From the IMG/VR virus record IMGVR_UViG_3300042888_000580, positions 1 to 64,000 of that record: 64,000 nucleotides of DNA; one strand, given 5' to 3'. Below the pieces are notes generated by a model. The model made no database searches and was not told where the DNA came from. It saw nothing but the letters and a program-made list of their open reading frames with translations. This document shows, piece after piece, positions 56,396 to 64,000 of the stretch. Each line of letters opens with the position of its first letter. Within the stretch, counting starts at the first letter, position 1. Source of the DNA: a virus. Both the position numbers and the translations under genes were made by a program.

Positions 56396-56749
56396 ATGTT
56401 ATTACAATTTAGAACATATCGTGGTAAAGCTATTCTTAAAATGGTTGAGAATCTTCTTAAAGAAGGTAACGTCATTCGTAGCCCTGAATATGGTAATGTA
56501 GTTGATGGTATCTATGGTGGCTCACCTGAAGGTATTAAGCTTGACCCTCCTGCTAATATTCGTGGTATCGGTATGGATAGACTAGCAGGTTCTTGTGGTT
56601 ATAAAACTTCTTTTACTAAGAAACAACAAGAAAAAATTGTTTTGATCCACCTCGGTACAAAATACTATGAATTGTATAGTACTGAAAAAGAACTGAATAA
56701 CGCTTCATTCCCCAGTGATGCTTGTGAATTCATTGCAGTTGACAATTAA
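56396..56749 (+). CDS. Hypothetical early protein (117 aa) inside the promoter-flanked cassette
   Basis: GAGGA SD; its stop codon lies within the second promoter repeat. Confidence 0.75.
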   Translation: MLLQFRTYRGKAILKMVENLLKEGNVIRSPEYGNVVDGIYGGSPEGIKLDPPANIRGIGMDRLAGSCGYKTSFTKKQQEKIVLIHLGTKYYELYSTEKELNNASFPSDACEFIAVDN

Positions 56750-56768
56750 TACAATCTCTGTTACAATA
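56739..56768 (+). promoter_or_regulatory. Sigma70-type promoter, copy 2 of the 30-bp direct repeat
   Basis: Identical to 56339-56368, exactly 400 bp downstream. Confidence 0.88.
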
Positions 56769-56793
56769 GAGACATAAACAACAAAGGACCAAT

Positions 56794-58080
56794 ATGAGTG
56801 AAGTAATTAATCCCAGTAAGAAACGTAGTCGTAGTAAGAAATTTGAGAATCTTGTAGGACCTACAGATAGTAAGATTGACTATCAAGCACGTGAACGATT
56901 AGTTACCGCACGTATTGGTCTATTGTTACGTCATAGTTTTTTTGGCAATCTCGCTACACGTATGCAATTGATTAATGCTGATCTATGGTGTAGTACAGCG
57001 GCAACTGATGGCTTGAAGTTCTATTATAATAGTCGTTTCATTATGATGTTGAAGCCTAAAGAAGTTGAATTCTTAGTTGGGCATGAAGTGTTACACGTTG
57101 TGTACGATCATATGGGTCGTAGAGGTAATCGTGATCCCGAAATCTGGAATATCGCTGATGACTATGCTGTCAATGCTGATTTGAAACGTCACAAAGTGGG
57201 TGAGTTTATTAAGACAGTACCTTGCTTGTATGAGCAGAAGTATGATGGCAAAGCCGCAGAAGAAATCTATGATGATTTGATGAAGAATGTTCAGAAAATC
57301 TCTATTGATGATTTACTGGACCAGATGATTGACGATCACATGGATGATGAAGGTGATGGTGACGGAGATCAAGAAGGTGAAGGTAACAAAAAAGGTAAGC
57401 GTCCCTCAATGAGTCCTGAAGAACGTGAACGTGTACGTCAGGAAGTTAAGCAAGCAATTATCAATGCCGCAAGTAGTGCTGAAGCAGGTTCATTACCTTT
57501 AGGTGTTGAGCGACTGATTAAACAACATACTAACCCAGTTATGCCCTGGCGTGAACTGATTCAAACGAATTTGACAAGTGCTATTCGTACAGATTATTCT
57601 TGGATGCGTCCTTCACGTAGAGGTTGGCACATGGATGCTATCATGCCCGGCATGAACCCCGGTGAAGAAATTGATGTTGTTGTTGCTATTGATATGAGTG
57701 GTTCTATCAGTAACAAACAAGCACAACAATTCTTAGGTGAGATTGGTGGCATGATGAATAGTTTTGATGGCTACAAGGTCCACGTATTCTGTTTTGATAC
57801 TGAGACATATAATCCCAAAGACTTCAGTAGTGAGAACATGGACCTCATTGATGAATATGAGCCAATGGGCGGTGGTGGCACTGACTTTGATTGTATCTTT
57901 ACATACTTGAAAGATATCGGCAATGTGCCTAAACGATTGATTGTATTTACAGATGGATATCCCTTTGGTAGTTGGGGTGATGCTGATTATTGTGATACAA
58001 CATGGGTCATTCATGGTGATAAGAATCCCAATCCCCCTTTCGGTACATATGCGATTTATGATGAAGCAGTAACAGCATGA
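56794..58080 (+). CDS. DUF2201-type putative metallopeptidase fused to a VWA-like domain
   Basis: 'TAATDG', HEVLH (HExxH), 'WNIADDYAVN', acidic linker, MIDAS 'AIDMSGSI', 'GGGGTDF', 'FTDGY'. Confidence 0.88.
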   Translation: MSEVINPSKKRSRSKKFENLVGPTDSKIDYQARERLVTARIGLLLRHSFFGNLATRMQLINADLWCSTAATDGLKFYYNSRFIMMLKPKEVEFLVGHEVLHVVYDHMGRRGNRDPEIWNIADDYAVNADLKRHKVGEFIKTVPCLYEQKYDGKAAEEIYDDLMKNVQKISIDDLLDQMIDDHMDDEGDGDGDQEGEGNKKGKRPSMSPEERERVRQEVKQAIINAASSAEAGSLPLGVERLIKQHTNPVMPWRELIQTNLTSAIRTDYSWMRPSRRGWHMDAIMPGMNPGEEIDVVVAIDMSGSISNKQAQQFLGEIGGMMNSFDGYKVHVFCFDTETYNPKDFSSENMDLIDEYEPMGGGGTDFDCIFTYLKDIGNVPKRLIVFTDGYPFGSWGDADYCDTTWVIHGDKNPNPPFGTYAIYDEAVTA

Positions 58081-58193
58081 TATTAGATATACTTGGCTAT
58101 GGCTTTATAGTACTGGTACTAGGCGTAGTCTTGTATATTTTTATTAGACTTCTCACCGGTGCATTAGATACTTTATCAAAACATGATGACTAA
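58077..58193 (+). CDS. 38-aa single-pass membrane peptide not in the ORF track (MILDILGYGFIVLVLGVVLYIFIRLLTGALDTLSKHDD)
   Basis: ATGA overlap with the VWA gene stop; overlaps the next start; one hydrophobic helix. Confidence 0.65.
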   Translation: MILDILGYGFIVLVLGVVLYIFIRLLTGALDTLSKHDD

Positions 58194-58539
58194 GCATTAC
58201 TTAGCAGTTTGGGACTGTAACGGTCTTGAAAGCCTACATGATGTTGGCTATCATATGGATAGGTACAATCAATGGGAGAAGCAAAAGGTTGTTGCTATTC
58301 TTAAAGAAGAACGAATCCCGGCAAGGCCTACAGGTATACCATTACAAATGTTGATCCTTCGTGCTAGAGCAAATAGTCAACGTTCATATGAGATTTATGA
58401 ATTCAATAGCACGTTAAAGTATAAAGAACTAACAGAAGCCTTTAATGATAATCCACAACCTATTGTAGAATGGATTAGAGAGAACGGTAAACAAGTTTAT
58501 AGTGACTATGTTAAGCAAGAAAGAAAGTTGATTCTATGA
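58183..58539 (+). CDS. Hypothetical protein
   Basis: Coupled ORF; 'WDCNGLES', 'LRARANSQRSYEIY'. Confidence 0.7.
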   Translation: MMTKHYLAVWDCNGLESLHDVGYHMDRYNQWEKQKVVAILKEERIPARPTGIPLQMLILRARANSQRSYEIYEFNSTLKYKELTEAFNDNPQPIVEWIRENGKQVYSDYVKQERKLIL

Positions 58540-58967
58540 TGTATATTGGTACAAGCCTCGGTGGTTGCTTACTTAGTTTGATGGCAAATGAAGTGTCCGA
58601 AAATCAGGTTATGTTCATTGTTACACGTACAATGTGCCCTGACTACAATACTTTTATACAAGTGGTAGAGCAATATTATGCAGAAGGTAATCCTTATGCT
58701 CGTAATCCTGCACAATATGGTTTAAGTGATTATGACCTTACTAATGTAAAAGCTTTGGCAACTAGATTATATTATTCAGGTAGGATACACCAACCTAGAG
58801 TATTTGATGACCAGGGCCGCAGGGAAGGTCATAGTTATATATACGATCATTCTGCAAAATTAGGTAAAGGATTGTGGATGCAAGTTGTCCCTACTAATGA
58901 TAATTCTACCCCGGCAGTAGTTGAAGCTTGGGAGAAGTATAAGATGTTAGATAATTTAACAAAATGA
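58536..58967 (+). CDS. Hypothetical protein
   Basis: ATGA overlaps; 'IGTSLGGCL', 'GRIHQPR'. Confidence 0.7.
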   Translation: MMYIGTSLGGCLLSLMANEVSENQVMFIVTRTMCPDYNTFIQVVEQYYAEGNPYARNPAQYGLSDYDLTNVKALATRLYYSGRIHQPRVFDDQGRREGHSYIYDHSAKLGKGLWMQVVPTNDNSTPAVVEAWEKYKMLDNLTK

Positions 58968-59215
58968 TTGAATATCAGTTAGATCCTATTACTTGGTTTA
59001 GTGAGAGAGAATTACATTATACTCCCAAACACTTTGTAGTAACGTCACATCCGTGTACATCGGAATCTAAACAATGGGTACTAGATAAATTGAGTGGTAG
59101 ATTTAGTGTTACATATCCTATTGTTAGTAGTAGTTTACTTGAATTAATGACACCTAGTTGTATTGCATTTGAAGATCCACAAGAAGCAGTTTTTTATGAA
59201 CTTAAATGGTCATAA
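58964..59215 (+). CDS. Hypothetical protein
   Basis: ATGA overlap; ends 'IAFEDPQEAVFYELKWS'. Confidence 0.7.
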   Translation: MIEYQLDPITWFSERELHYTPKHFVVTSHPCTSESKQWVLDKLSGRFSVTYPIVSSSLLELMTPSCIAFEDPQEAVFYELKWS

Positions 59216-59290
59216 ATGGGCATATGGAAATTTTGTAGAGAACAAATTTCTTATTAAATAACTATAAGCATATTACAAGGAGAACATAAT

Positions 59291-59998
59291 ATGAGTTTTA
59301 CAAGACACGTAGGAAAACACGGGGACAGAAAAGTAGCTGTAGTATTCCGAGAAGTACCGGGCGAGCCTCATATGTGCTTAGTAACATATACGGAAACAAT
59401 TAATAAAAATATCCATGATTCATTGATTAGATGTATTGAAAGTGACATTGGGCAAAATAGTGAAAATTTAGCTGATGCATTAAACCGTAGCTACACACAA
59501 GATGGTAGACCAATATTGCAAGTTTTACATTCTGAAAGTCAACTAAAGAAAGTTAACACAGAAATGATTTTAATGACACCTGCACCAAACACACGTATTA
59601 AGTTAAATGAACTTAATAAAATTTTAGATGAAATGAAATTAGGTGAAGATGCTGTTAAACGTATGGCTGAATTAGATCAAAGCCGTGGCATGCAAGATCC
59701 AGCTGATGTAGCACGTAGAATGCGTGGCCCACAAGGTAAACAACCTCCAGTTGTTGCCCCATCAGGTGATGCATTGGGTGATGCGTCATTAGCTAAACAA
59801 CGTATTGAACAAGCACAAAAAATGGAACGTGAAGCTAAAGGCTTATTAGCTGAAGCACAACGTTTAACTTCAGAAGCACAAACACTAGATCCATCATTAG
59901 CTCCTAAACCAGCTAAAGCTAAAAAGGCAGCAGTTGTAGCTGAAGTAGCGACCCCTGCAAAGAAAAAAACTACAAAAAAAATAACTAATGTCGCCTGA
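59291..59998 (+). CDS. Hypothetical protein with a Lys/Ala-rich C-terminal tail
   Basis: AAGGAG SD; preceded by ATTAAATA (59253-59260); histone-like 'PKPAKAKKAA...PAKKKTTKK' tail. Confidence 0.8.
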   Translation: MSFTRHVGKHGDRKVAVVFREVPGEPHMCLVTYTETINKNIHDSLIRCIESDIGQNSENLADALNRSYTQDGRPILQVLHSESQLKKVNTEMILMTPAPNTRIKLNELNKILDEMKLGEDAVKRMAELDQSRGMQDPADVARRMRGPQGKQPPVVAPSGDALGDASLAKQRIEQAQKMEREAKGLLAEAQRLTSEAQTLDPSLAPKPAKAKKAAVVAEVATPAKKKTTKKITNVA

Positions 59999-60284
59999 TT
60001 TTATCGATAAATGGGAACACATCCTTGAAGATGTGGAGAAGAACAAAATACCGGTAGAGTTTATTAAAAAATTAATTATTAAACTAACTGGTAAGAAGCA
60101 ACAAACAATTAATATTAAAAGGTTACTTCAACAAGGTTTGGATCCAGATCAAGTAGAAGATGCTGTTAGTCGTAAGTTAAATGAGTTGGAAGATTCTATT
60201 GTAAGTGTAGAATTTGTTCTTAATGTACAAAGTATAGCAGATACTGTGCAACCAGAAACTGATAGACTATTAGGTAAACTTTAA
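59988..60284 (+). CDS. Hypothetical protein
   Basis: Overlaps the previous stop; followed by a terminator. Confidence 0.7.
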   Translation: MSPDFIDKWEHILEDVEKNKIPVEFIKKLIIKLTGKKQQTINIKRLLQQGLDPDQVEDAVSRKLNELEDSIVSVEFVLNVQSIADTVQPETDRLLGKL

Positions 60285-60292
60285 TTACTTCA

Positions 60293-60318
60293 AAAAGCCC
60301 TGATTAGTCGGGGCTTTT
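60293..60318. terminator. Intrinsic terminator
   Basis: AAAAGCCCTGA-TTAG-TCGGGGCTTTT. Confidence 0.8.
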
Positions 60319-60328
60319 CTTATTAACA

Positions 60329-60337
60329 TGATATAAT
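60329..60337 (+). promoter_or_regulatory. Extended -10 promoter (TGATATAAT), 5 nt before the thyA ATG
   Basis: TGnTATAAT with no SD before 60343. Confidence 0.6.
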
Positions 60338-60342
60338 AATTT

Positions 60343-61242
60343 ATGAAACAATACTTAGAATTAATACAAGATATACTAGACAACGGGGAAATTAAAGATG
60401 ATAGAACTGGTGTTGGCACAATTTCTTTATTTGCTAGACAGTTAAGATTTGATTTGCGTAGGGGCTTTCCCGCAGTCACTACTAAAAAACTTGCTTGGAA
60501 AGCTTGCGTCGGTGAGCTTCTCTGGTTTATTGAAGGATCTAGTGATGATCGTAGACTGGCAGAACTTACCCACGGTAGTAGTGAAGGAAAGACTACTATC
60601 TGGACCCCGAATGCAGAGGCACCGTATTGGAAACACAAAGCAAAATTTGAAGGTGATCTCGGTCGTGTCTATGGGGTACAATGGCGTCACTGGAATATGT
60701 ACCGCACAGAAAAAGACATGGGCCCAGCACACAAAGGTGGTACCCGCCTCGCTGTTGATAAAACAGAAGTCGACCAATTGGCAAATCTCATTAAAGGATT
60801 AATTGAAGATCCTAATGGGCGCAGGCACATACTAAGTGCTTGGAACGTGAGCGAGTTAGACCAAATGGCATTGCCCCCTTGTCACGTTATGAGCCAATTC
60901 TATGTTAACAAAAATCGTGAACTATCTTGCCATATGTACCAAAGATCAGTGGATGTTTTTTTAGGACTCCCCTTCAATATTGCTAGTTATGCACTACTTA
61001 CACATCTATTGGCACATCACTGTGATTTAAAAGTAGGGGAGCTTGTAATTAGTACAGGTGATACACATATCTATAAAGACCATATTGAACAAGTTAAAGA
61101 ACAACTGTGTCGTGAACCTCATCCACTACCAACATTGATGTTGAATGCATCAAAGAATAGTATCTTTGATATGACAATGGAAGATATACATTTGGAGAAC
61201 TATCAAAGTGATGGCCCTATCAAAGCAACAATGGCAGTCTAA
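60343..61242 (+). CDS. thyA: Thymidylate synthase (ThyA type)
   Basis: 'DRTGVGT', 'ELLWFI', 'VYGVQWR', 'RRHILSAWN', 'MALPPCH', 'YQRSVDVFLGLPFNIASY', 'GDTHIY'. Confidence 0.97.
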   Translation: MKQYLELIQDILDNGEIKDDRTGVGTISLFARQLRFDLRRGFPAVTTKKLAWKACVGELLWFIEGSSDDRRLAELTHGSSEGKTTIWTPNAEAPYWKHKAKFEGDLGRVYGVQWRHWNMYRTEKDMGPAHKGGTRLAVDKTEVDQLANLIKGLIEDPNGRRHILSAWNVSELDQMALPPCHVMSQFYVNKNRELSCHMYQRSVDVFLGLPFNIASYALLTHLLAHHCDLKVGELVISTGDTHIYKDHIEQVKEQLCREPHPLPTLMLNASKNSIFDMTMEDIHLENYQSDGPIKATMAV

Positions 61243-61543
61243 AGACGAATTTACTAGACCCAAGTATCAGGTACAAGTATCTGATACAGGAGAAGAATCA
61301 GTATCTATTACTCAGGTAGTTCATACTATTAGAATGGGTGATGTTGAAGATCCTGATTTGTATGTAGCACAGCCTATATATGAATGGCAACAGACAGAAG
61401 AAGGTAAGTGGATAATGGAAAACTCTAATCCTACACCCAGTTGGCATCGTAACAATGACTTATACGATTATAGTTATGTATATCATATTAGAGCATATCT
61501 AACACACAAACAATTAACATTTTGGAAATTAAAATATGAGTAA
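61208..61543 (+). CDS. Hypothetical phage protein (start uncertain)
   Basis: Fills the gap between thyA and the epimerase; 'MGDVEDPDLYVAQPIYEWQQTEEGKWIM'. Confidence 0.65.
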   Translation: MMALSKQQWQSKDEFTRPKYQVQVSDTGEESVSITQVVHTIRMGDVEDPDLYVAQPIYEWQQTEEGKWIMENSNPTPSWHRNNDLYDYSYVYHIRAYLTHKQLTFWKLKYE

Positions 61544-62504
61544 TATACTAGTTACAGGCGGATTAGGACTAATTGGACATAACGTAGTAAATAAACTACA
61601 AAAACAAGGACACAGTGTTGTAATTACAGATACTCGCACTACTTATGGTATCATCCCACAAGATGAAATTGATTATCTAATGACTGAACGACTAAAAAAG
61701 ATTCAACCAGGACAAATTCACGCTGTAGATATTGTTAGTGATAGTATTGATTGGTTGTTTGGTAGATATAAGTTTGATATTGTAATACATATGGCAAGCT
61801 TTCCTAGACAAAAAGTTGTTAATGCTAATCCTAGACTAGGAGCACAAACAATGATGGAAGGACTATTGAACTTATGTGAAGCAAGTAAAAAACATAATGT
61901 AAAGAAGTTCATTTACATTAGTTCAAGCATGGTATACGGAGATTTTACTAATGATGTGACTGAGGACTATGACTGTAAACCACAAGGTCAATATGGAATT
62001 ATGAAATTAGCAGGTGAATATCTTGTTAAAGACTACAGCCGTCGTAATTGTTTTAGTCACACTATTATACGTCCTAGTGCAGTATATGGTCCGTTAGATG
62101 TTGAAGATAGAGTTATTGCTAAGTTTATGCTCACAGCTATGCGAGGTGGTACACTAAATGTCAATGGTGTAAATGAAACACTTGATTTTACATATGTTGA
62201 CGATGCCGCAGATGGTATTGTTGCAGCCGCACTAAGTGATAATACAGTAAACAAAACATACAACATTACAAAGAGCCATAGTCGCACATTGTTAGAAGCC
62301 GCACAATTAGCATTGAAGTTAGTAGGTGGAGGTACATTAGTAGTTAAAGATAAAGATGCTGATTTTCCTAGTCGAGGTGCATTGAACATTGATGCCGCTC
62401 GTAGAGACTTTGGATATGATCCTAAAATAGATGTAGAAGAAGGCTTTCAGAAATATTATGATTGGCTTAGTACATCAAGTTATTGGCAAGATAAAATAAA
62501 ATGA
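61536..62504 (+). CDS. NAD-dependent NDP-sugar epimerase/dehydratase (extended SDR)
   Basis: 'ILVTGGLGLIG', 'ISSSMVYG', YGIMK (YxxxK), 'RPSAVYGP', 'DFTYVDD'. Confidence 0.93.
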   Translation: MSNILVTGGLGLIGHNVVNKLQKQGHSVVITDTRTTYGIIPQDEIDYLMTERLKKIQPGQIHAVDIVSDSIDWLFGRYKFDIVIHMASFPRQKVVNANPRLGAQTMMEGLLNLCEASKKHNVKKFIYISSSMVYGDFTNDVTEDYDCKPQGQYGIMKLAGEYLVKDYSRRNCFSHTIIRPSAVYGPLDVEDRVIAKFMLTAMRGGTLNVNGVNETLDFTYVDDAADGIVAAALSDNTVNKTYNITKSHSRTLLEAAQLALKLVGGGTLVVKDKDADFPSRGALNIDAARRDFGYDPKIDVEEGFQKYYDWLSTSSYWQDKIK

Positions 62505-62713
62505 ACGAATTAGAAACCGCATTAAAAGCACACGATTGGACTCTAAATGGATATAAATCTAGAGTCAACATAGACAAGTTGATGAAAGAAAACATCGAAC
62601 AATCAAAATTGTTATGGGAACAATATTGTCCATGGTCTGTTGCTAATGGCGGATATATAGCTTGGGCAAAAAATGCAAATTCCTCACTTTGGTCTAGTAA
62701 GACAGTACAGTAA
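62501..62713 (+). CDS. Hypothetical protein (70 aa)
   Basis: ATGA overlap with the epimerase gene; 'ALKAHDW...LWEQYCP'. Confidence 0.55.
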   Translation: MNELETALKAHDWTLNGYKSRVNIDKLMKENIEQSKLLWEQYCPWSVANGGYIAWAKNANSSLWSSKTVQ

Positions 62714-63731
62714 TTTAAGAGATGAGTTACTAGATGCCACAGACCGTGCCCTCAAAGACGGGAAGTTAGTAGGTGGACATTATACCCGTTCGTTTGAAGA
62801 ATGGCTCAAACATCGTACTAAAACAAAATATGCTATAACAGTACATTCAGGTACACAAGCGTTAGAGATTATTGCCCGTTGGAAAAAGATTAAACATAGC
62901 GAGACTATGGAGGGTAATCCAACAATTCGCATCCCCAATCTAACTTATCCAGCTACATTAAATGCCTTTCTTACAGCCGGATGGGATATTGAATTAGCTG
63001 ATACTGATAACACAGGAGTTATTAAACTTGAAACTGGCCGAGGTGGAATATATGATTGTGTAATGGGTTTTGCTGGACGTAAACCCTGGCCTAATGCTAG
63101 TTATTCAAATGCTTATGGAGTAATAGTTGACGGAGCACAACATTGGTTAGCATGTGAGGGTGATGTAGGTAGCGGAATGTCAATTAGTTTTGATCCTACA
63201 AAGAACTTACCTAGTTCGGGTAACGGTGGTGCTATTGTAACCAATGATGAAAAATTATACCTTTACGCATCAAGTTACAGAGATAACAACAAACCCTATT
63301 TCCATGATGCTGGATCTAATAGTAAGATGAGTGAACAAGATTGTGCTCAAATTCTTGTTAGAGTAAAATACATAGATGAGTGGCAAAAACGTAGAAGTGA
63401 TATAGCAAAATACTGGTGTGATAAATTTAAAGAATTGCCAGTAACTTGTCTATCAGATACCAAAGATCCACACTCACATCAAAAATTTGTTATGTATCTT
63501 GCTGATAGAAATGATCTACATACTCATTTATTAGCTGAAGGAATTGATAGTAAAATTCATTATGAGTACGTACTGGGTGATTTACCGATTGGTAAAGATT
63601 TATCTAAGCCCGACTTGTTAAGCAATAGTGTATTATTATCTAGAGGTGTGTTAAGTTTGCCTATGTATCCAGAGTTAACCGATAGTGAGATAGATTATAT
63701 TGTAAGTAGAGTTATAGAATTCTATAAATAG
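62673..63731 (+). CDS. DegT/DnrJ/EryC1/StrS-family PLP-dependent sugar aminotransferase
   Basis: 'SGTQALE', 'LTYPATLNA', 'VDGAQ', 'SFDPTKNL..GNGGAIVT' (PLP lysine), 'LSLPMYPEL'. Confidence 0.93.
   Translation: MQIPHFGLVRQYSNLRDELLDATDRALKDGKLVGGHYTRSFEEWLKHRTKTKYAITVHSGTQALEIIARWKKIKHSETMEGNPTIRIPNLTYPATLNAFLTAGWDIELADTDNTGVIKLETGRGGIYDCVMGFAGRKPWPNASYSNAYGVIVDGAQHWLACEGDVGSGMSISFDPTKNLPSSGNGGAIVTNDEKLYLYASSYRDNNKPYFHDAGSNSKMSEQDCAQILVRVKYIDEWQKRRSDIAKYWCDKFKELPVTCLSDTKDPHSHQKFVMYLADRNDLHTHLLAEGIDSKIHYEYVLGDLPIGKDLSKPDLLSNSVLLSRGVLSLPMYPELTDSEIDYIVSRVIEFYK
63723..63730 (+). promoter_or_regulatory. Late promoter, exact T4 consensus TATAAATA, 4 nt before the ATG
   Basis: TATAAATA-GTTA-ATG. 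Confidence 0.6.
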
Positions 63732-63734
63732 TTA

Positions 63735-64000
63735 ATGAAAATATTCCCAATCAAAGTAGAAAAAGCAACAAAAGCAGACTATAAATTTATTGAATGGAAA
63801 ATACATAATGTATGTAACCATAATTGTAGTTTCTGCGGTAATCAACATAAAGACGGAAGTCAACGTTGGTTTAGTTTAGAAAAATATAAAGAATACACTG
63901 ATAAATTAATTGAAGCCTGCGGAGATATGCCATTTTGGATTCAAATTACAGGTGGTGAACCTACACTATATCCTGATCTTATTCCTTTATTAGCATATAT
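63735..64000 (+). CDS. Radical SAM protein, 3'-truncated by the window edge (not in the ORF track)
   Basis: MKIFPIKVEKATKADYKFIEWKIHNVCNHNCSFC...IQITGGEPTLYP; paralog of 32863. Confidence 0.9.
   Translation, partial: MKIFPIKVEKATKADYKFIEWKIHNVCNHNCSFCGNQHKDGSQRWFSLEKYKEYTDKLIEACGDMPFWIQITGGEPTLYPDLIPLLAY

Noticed and set aside
59227-59250. Terminator-like hairpin GAAATTT...AAATTTC
   Set aside because: The stem is AT-only and imperfect with no clear U-tract; too weak to call.
227-62389. Minus-strand and nested alternative-frame ORFs in the track (e.g. 227-679, 23385-23840, 45155-45514, 52755-53231, 60285-60638)
   Set aside because: All overlap well-supported + strand genes, lack SD or promoter support, and read as antisense or frame shadows of biased or repetitive codons.
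1-64000. Stop-codon reassignment (as in some large phages)
   Set aside because: Genes are full length in the standard code with very high coding density, and TAA, TGA and TAG all terminate genes at sensible boundaries.

Overview
AT-rich, gene-dense segment of a large (jumbo-type) myovirus genome. All credible genes lie on the + strand and read in the standard code. From left to right: (1) 1-30 kb: baseplate and tail genes (hub-like protein, gp5-like spike with an Ala/Gly-rich tail, gp25-like, gp6-like, a 5842-aa giant structural protein, tail fibres). (2) 30-44 kb: a translationally coupled block of glycosyltransferase-like genes enclosing five radical SAM enzymes (one B12-dependent) and ending in a 1317-aa repeat/pseudo-glycosyltransferase protein. 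(3) 44.2-44.5 kb: a circularly permuted (two-piece) tmRNA gene with tag ANDSQFALAA, missed by the ORF track. (4) 45-49.7 kb: an operon of signal-peptide and membrane proteins, including an Asn/Thr/Ser repeat protein. (5) 49.8-54.3 kb: a cassette array of FN3-based virion-display proteins with a shared N-terminal motif and swapped C-terminal domains. (6) 54.3-59 kb: an early region with six consensus sigma70 promoters and a MoxR-like AAA+ / VWA-metallopeptidase pair split by a promoter-repeat-flanked cassette. (7) 59-64 kb: thymidylate synthase, an NDP-sugar epimerase, a DegT aminotransferase and another radical SAM gene. A T4-like late promoter (NWTAARTA) precedes most structural units, and several promoters sit 4-6 nt from an ATG, suggesting leaderless mRNAs. 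All family assignments come from motif recognition by eye; no searches were run.
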